Of a DNA stretch of 64,000 nt, positions 63,008 to 64,000 are shown piece by piece. Position 1 is the first letter of the stretch. Each line of letters opens with the position of its first letter. The notes under the pieces were generated by a model, which was given only the letters and a program-made list of their open reading frames with translations, had not been told where the DNA came from and made no database searches. The stretch is from Octopus sinensis (taxonomy: Eukaryota): NCBI RefSeq assembly GCF_006345805.1, contig NC_043001.1:116188001-116252000 (forward strand), in the 5' to 3' direction. Both the position numbers and the translations under genes were made by a program.

Positions 63008-63922
63008 TATAAACACTAAGAACTTTTTCTCTTTTCTCTCAATCCCTAAACTATAAAACGATCTATGAAGAAAAGGGGTGTAAAACATTCCACCACGCTG
63101 TAATTATTTTCATCCTGATGAAATATCTCGCATCATAAAATGTTAAATTGATCACAGGTTATGTCAGGCTGATGACTTCTAAAAAGAATGAAACAATGCT
63201 AGACATGATTACTGCCAGCTAGAAATTTTTAGAATTCTGTAATGAAAAATGAAATGTGAGAATTCTGTATGTTTTGTTTTGGTTTTTTGTTTTTTTGTAT
63301 GGTTCTTTAATTTCAAATTCAAATTTCTAATCCCACCTCATATTATGAAAAAATGGGTTTTTTCCCTAGTAATAGCTGTGACCACTAAGATTCTATCTTC
63401 TGCTCTACTGATGTTTAGTGAGGGAAGAGCGGTACCTGGGAGAGAGGGGAAAGAGAAGAAAGGAAGAATGAAATGAAAGGAAAGAACAAAAGGGAAGCAA
63501 AAGAGAATGAAGACAGCAGCAAAAAGAAAGGCAAAGGGAATGAGGATAGAGGTGAAGGAAAGATGAAAAGGGGAGAAGGGTGGGCAGATGTGGATGGAGG
63601 TGAAGAAAGGAAAGAGTGAAGAGAAGGGAAGGAGAATGCCAGGAAAAGAGAGAAGGCAGTTTACAGATATCCAAGACTTAAATATTCATCTGACCAATTC
63701 CAGCAACAAAGTGGATGCAGAGATTAAAAGGAACAGAACCACACAAACACCAAAACACAGGAAATAAAACTGAGGTGAACCAGTTCTTGATGGCAATAAA
63801 CTGTAACCAGCCATGACCAGCTTGTTATAGAGATAAAGAACAGTTTGTCTTCACTAATTATGCTAAATACATATAATTAACAGTATCCCAAACACACAAA
63901 CACATTATATATATATGTGTGG

Positions 63923-63961
<39 letters not shown>

Positions 63962-63964
<3 letters not shown>

Positions 63965-64000
63965 TCTTTTACTTGTTTCAGTCAGTTGACTGTGGCCATG
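63962..64000 (-). mobile_element. 3' tail of a family B SINE running off the window edge
   Basis: tactcttttacttgtttcagtcagttgactgtggccatg. Confidence 0.8.

Noticed and set aside
63168-63210. Hammerhead-like CTGATGActtctaaaaagaatGAAAC
   Set aside because: 10.1-11.1 mismatch, and no stem III or NUH triplet in place.

Overview
AT-rich, microsatellite-saturated eukaryotic DNA. The repeat content points to an octopod cephalopod (Octopus-like); this is recognition from memory, not a database search. The window is almost entirely intronic. The only host-gene coding sequence I can support is two consecutive minus-strand exons of an FGD-family (FYVE, RhoGEF and PH domain) Cdc42 GEF: 62563-62468 (ESEKQKNIRYKIVEELLKTERAYVTKLHLVDQ) and 12118-11970 (VFQFQVIVENQVHNFFSSDVITQMFSNIKSIYQFHHNFMCPQLEERMKNW). 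They splice in frame across a 50,349-bp phase-0 GT-AG intron, and neither appears in the ORF track. The rest is transposon-derived or simple repeat: several tRNA-derived SINE families, many (GAT)n-tailed RTE-3'-end repeats, RTE and CR1/L2 LINE fragments, a decayed mariner, an internally deleted DD37D/maT-type Tc1/mariner element, piggyBac (TTAA), hAT and mariner MITEs, and a non-autonomous Helitron. Nearly all ORFs in the track are microsatellite or repeat artefacts. The most unusual items are a fold-back made of two overlapping, oppositely oriented, degenerate Penelope-type hammerhead ribozyme motifs (2593-2709), three more near-perfect short-spacer palindromes, and a two-SINE dimer bounded by one perfect 12-bp TSD. 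Family labels A-J are my own working names.
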